A program made the position numbers and the translations under genes. The notes under the pieces were generated by a model. It did no database searches. It was given only the letters and a program-made list of their open reading frames with translations, and was not told where the DNA came from. 64,000 bases of DNA from Candidatus Pacearchaeota archaeon (GTDB lineage Archaea; Nanobdellota; Nanobdellia; Pacearchaeales; GW2011-AR1): the NCBI GenBank assembly GCA_041656875.1, contig JBBACR010000001.1, positions 325,386 to 389,385 on the forward strand. Reading direction: 5' to 3'. Shown here piece by piece: positions 63,645-64,000 of the stretch (within the stretch, counting starts at the first letter, position 1; every line of letters starts with the position of its first letter).

Positions 63645-63697
63645 TTTAATTAATAAAATCAAATATACAACATTAATTAAGCAATAGCAATAGAAAT
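63645..63697 (-). promoter_or_regulatory. class A promoter element
   Basis: same consensus. Confidence 0.55.
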
Positions 63698-63707
63698 GCA
63701 ATATATT

Positions 63708-63968
63708 TTATGGAAGTACTTCTATTTCTCTAACGTACCAGTCTTCATAAGAACCGAATACATTTGGATTTTCAGCAGTAAATTCAGGATCCATTAGTTT
63801 ACATTGATTATCAAATTCCAAAAACTTTTTATACTCTTCAGCTTTATGTTCTTCCATTGCTTTAATAGCACCTGCTTCTGAAAAATGAATACTTACAGTT
63901 CCACCAACACTTTCGCATGTATCTGAATTATAGCAAAATTCGTACAATATTGTTTTTTCAGTCATCAA
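63708..63968 (-). CDS. hypothetical protein
   Basis: ORF track 86 aa. Confidence 0.4.
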   Translation of the reverse strand: MMTEKTILYEFCYNSDTCESVGGTVSIHFSEAGAIKAMEEHKAEEYKKFLEFDNQCKLMDPEFTAENPNVFGSYEDWYVREIEVLP

Positions 63969-64000
63969 GCATTATTTTTAAGTTAAGTAATTCAATTTTT

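Noticed and set aside
9568-63697. Could the 12 repeated ~50-bp elements be a CRISPR array or MITE-like mobile element?
   Set aside because: Spacing is irregular (1-19 kb) and each copy sits in a fixed position and orientation upstream of a start codon. The copies contain a recognisable -33/-7 promoter and carry no inverted-repeat termini or target-site duplications.
1-64000. tRNA, rRNA or other structured RNA genes
   Set aside because: Intergenic gaps are 0-150 nt and are filled by promoter motifs, terminators or small ORFs. No cloverleaf-compatible region was seen by eye, but tRNAscan-SE should still be run.
1-64000. Window as ordinary bacterial chromosome or integrated prophage
   Set aside because: No integrase, attachment-site repeats, host housekeeping genes or tRNA were found in the window. 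The region shows extreme gene packing with overlapping stops and starts, many HEGs and inteins, phage-like promoter families, and thyX, Pnk and Rnl. This fits a lytic phage genome, though the ends of the element lie outside the window.

Overview
This 64 kb window is AT-rich (~30% GC), almost gap-free and dominated by minus-strand genes. It reads as the accessory / early-gene region of a large lytic phage infecting a Bacteroidetes (Flavobacteriia-type) host, not bacterial chromosome. Evidence for the host: 12 copies of a ~50 bp element containing a Bacteroidetes-type promoter (TTG-N20-TATATTTG on the minus strand), and a protein carrying a T9SS C-terminal sorting domain. Evidence for a phage: thyX, a DinG/XPD helicase, an RNA end-healing and sealing set (HD-Pnk, HNH-RNA ligase, Pth2, Smr, a frameshifted 2H phosphoesterase, a nucleotidyltransferase), at least six homing-endonuclease genes, and a guaC (GMP reductase) gene fractured by a split intein with a free-standing Vsr/DUF559-like endonuclease gene between the halves. 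Other recognisable products are MazG, an ADP-ribosylglycohydrolase, a zinc-ribbon-less Sir2, a GATase1, a CoaE-like kinase, a PEP-utilising (RPH-like) enzyme, a tandem GT25 glycosyltransferase and an SPFH lipoprotein. The most striking feature is a family of at least 16 otherwise unrelated genes that all begin with the same ~14-residue leader, M-[KNE]-x-R-I-P-[TSNA]-[FLI]-[DE]-[DEHNS]-[FHY]-[ILV]-[NF]-E, ending in a hydrophobic-x-Glu motif. These include an R-S-E ADP-ribosyltransferase, a Tpt1/PARP-like H-Y-E fold protein, an HExxH metallopeptidase, an alpha/beta hydrolase and a ParB nuclease. I interpret the leader as a capsid-targeting / prohead-protease-cleaved propeptide marking a large injected-effector arsenal, analogous to T4 Alt and the internal proteins. 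A second conserved AT-rich motif (TGTATATAAnATAAAATAAA) sits 8-25 nt upstream of about 15 start codons. No rRNA, tRNA or CRISPR was detected. All domain calls rest on motif recognition by eye; no database search was run.
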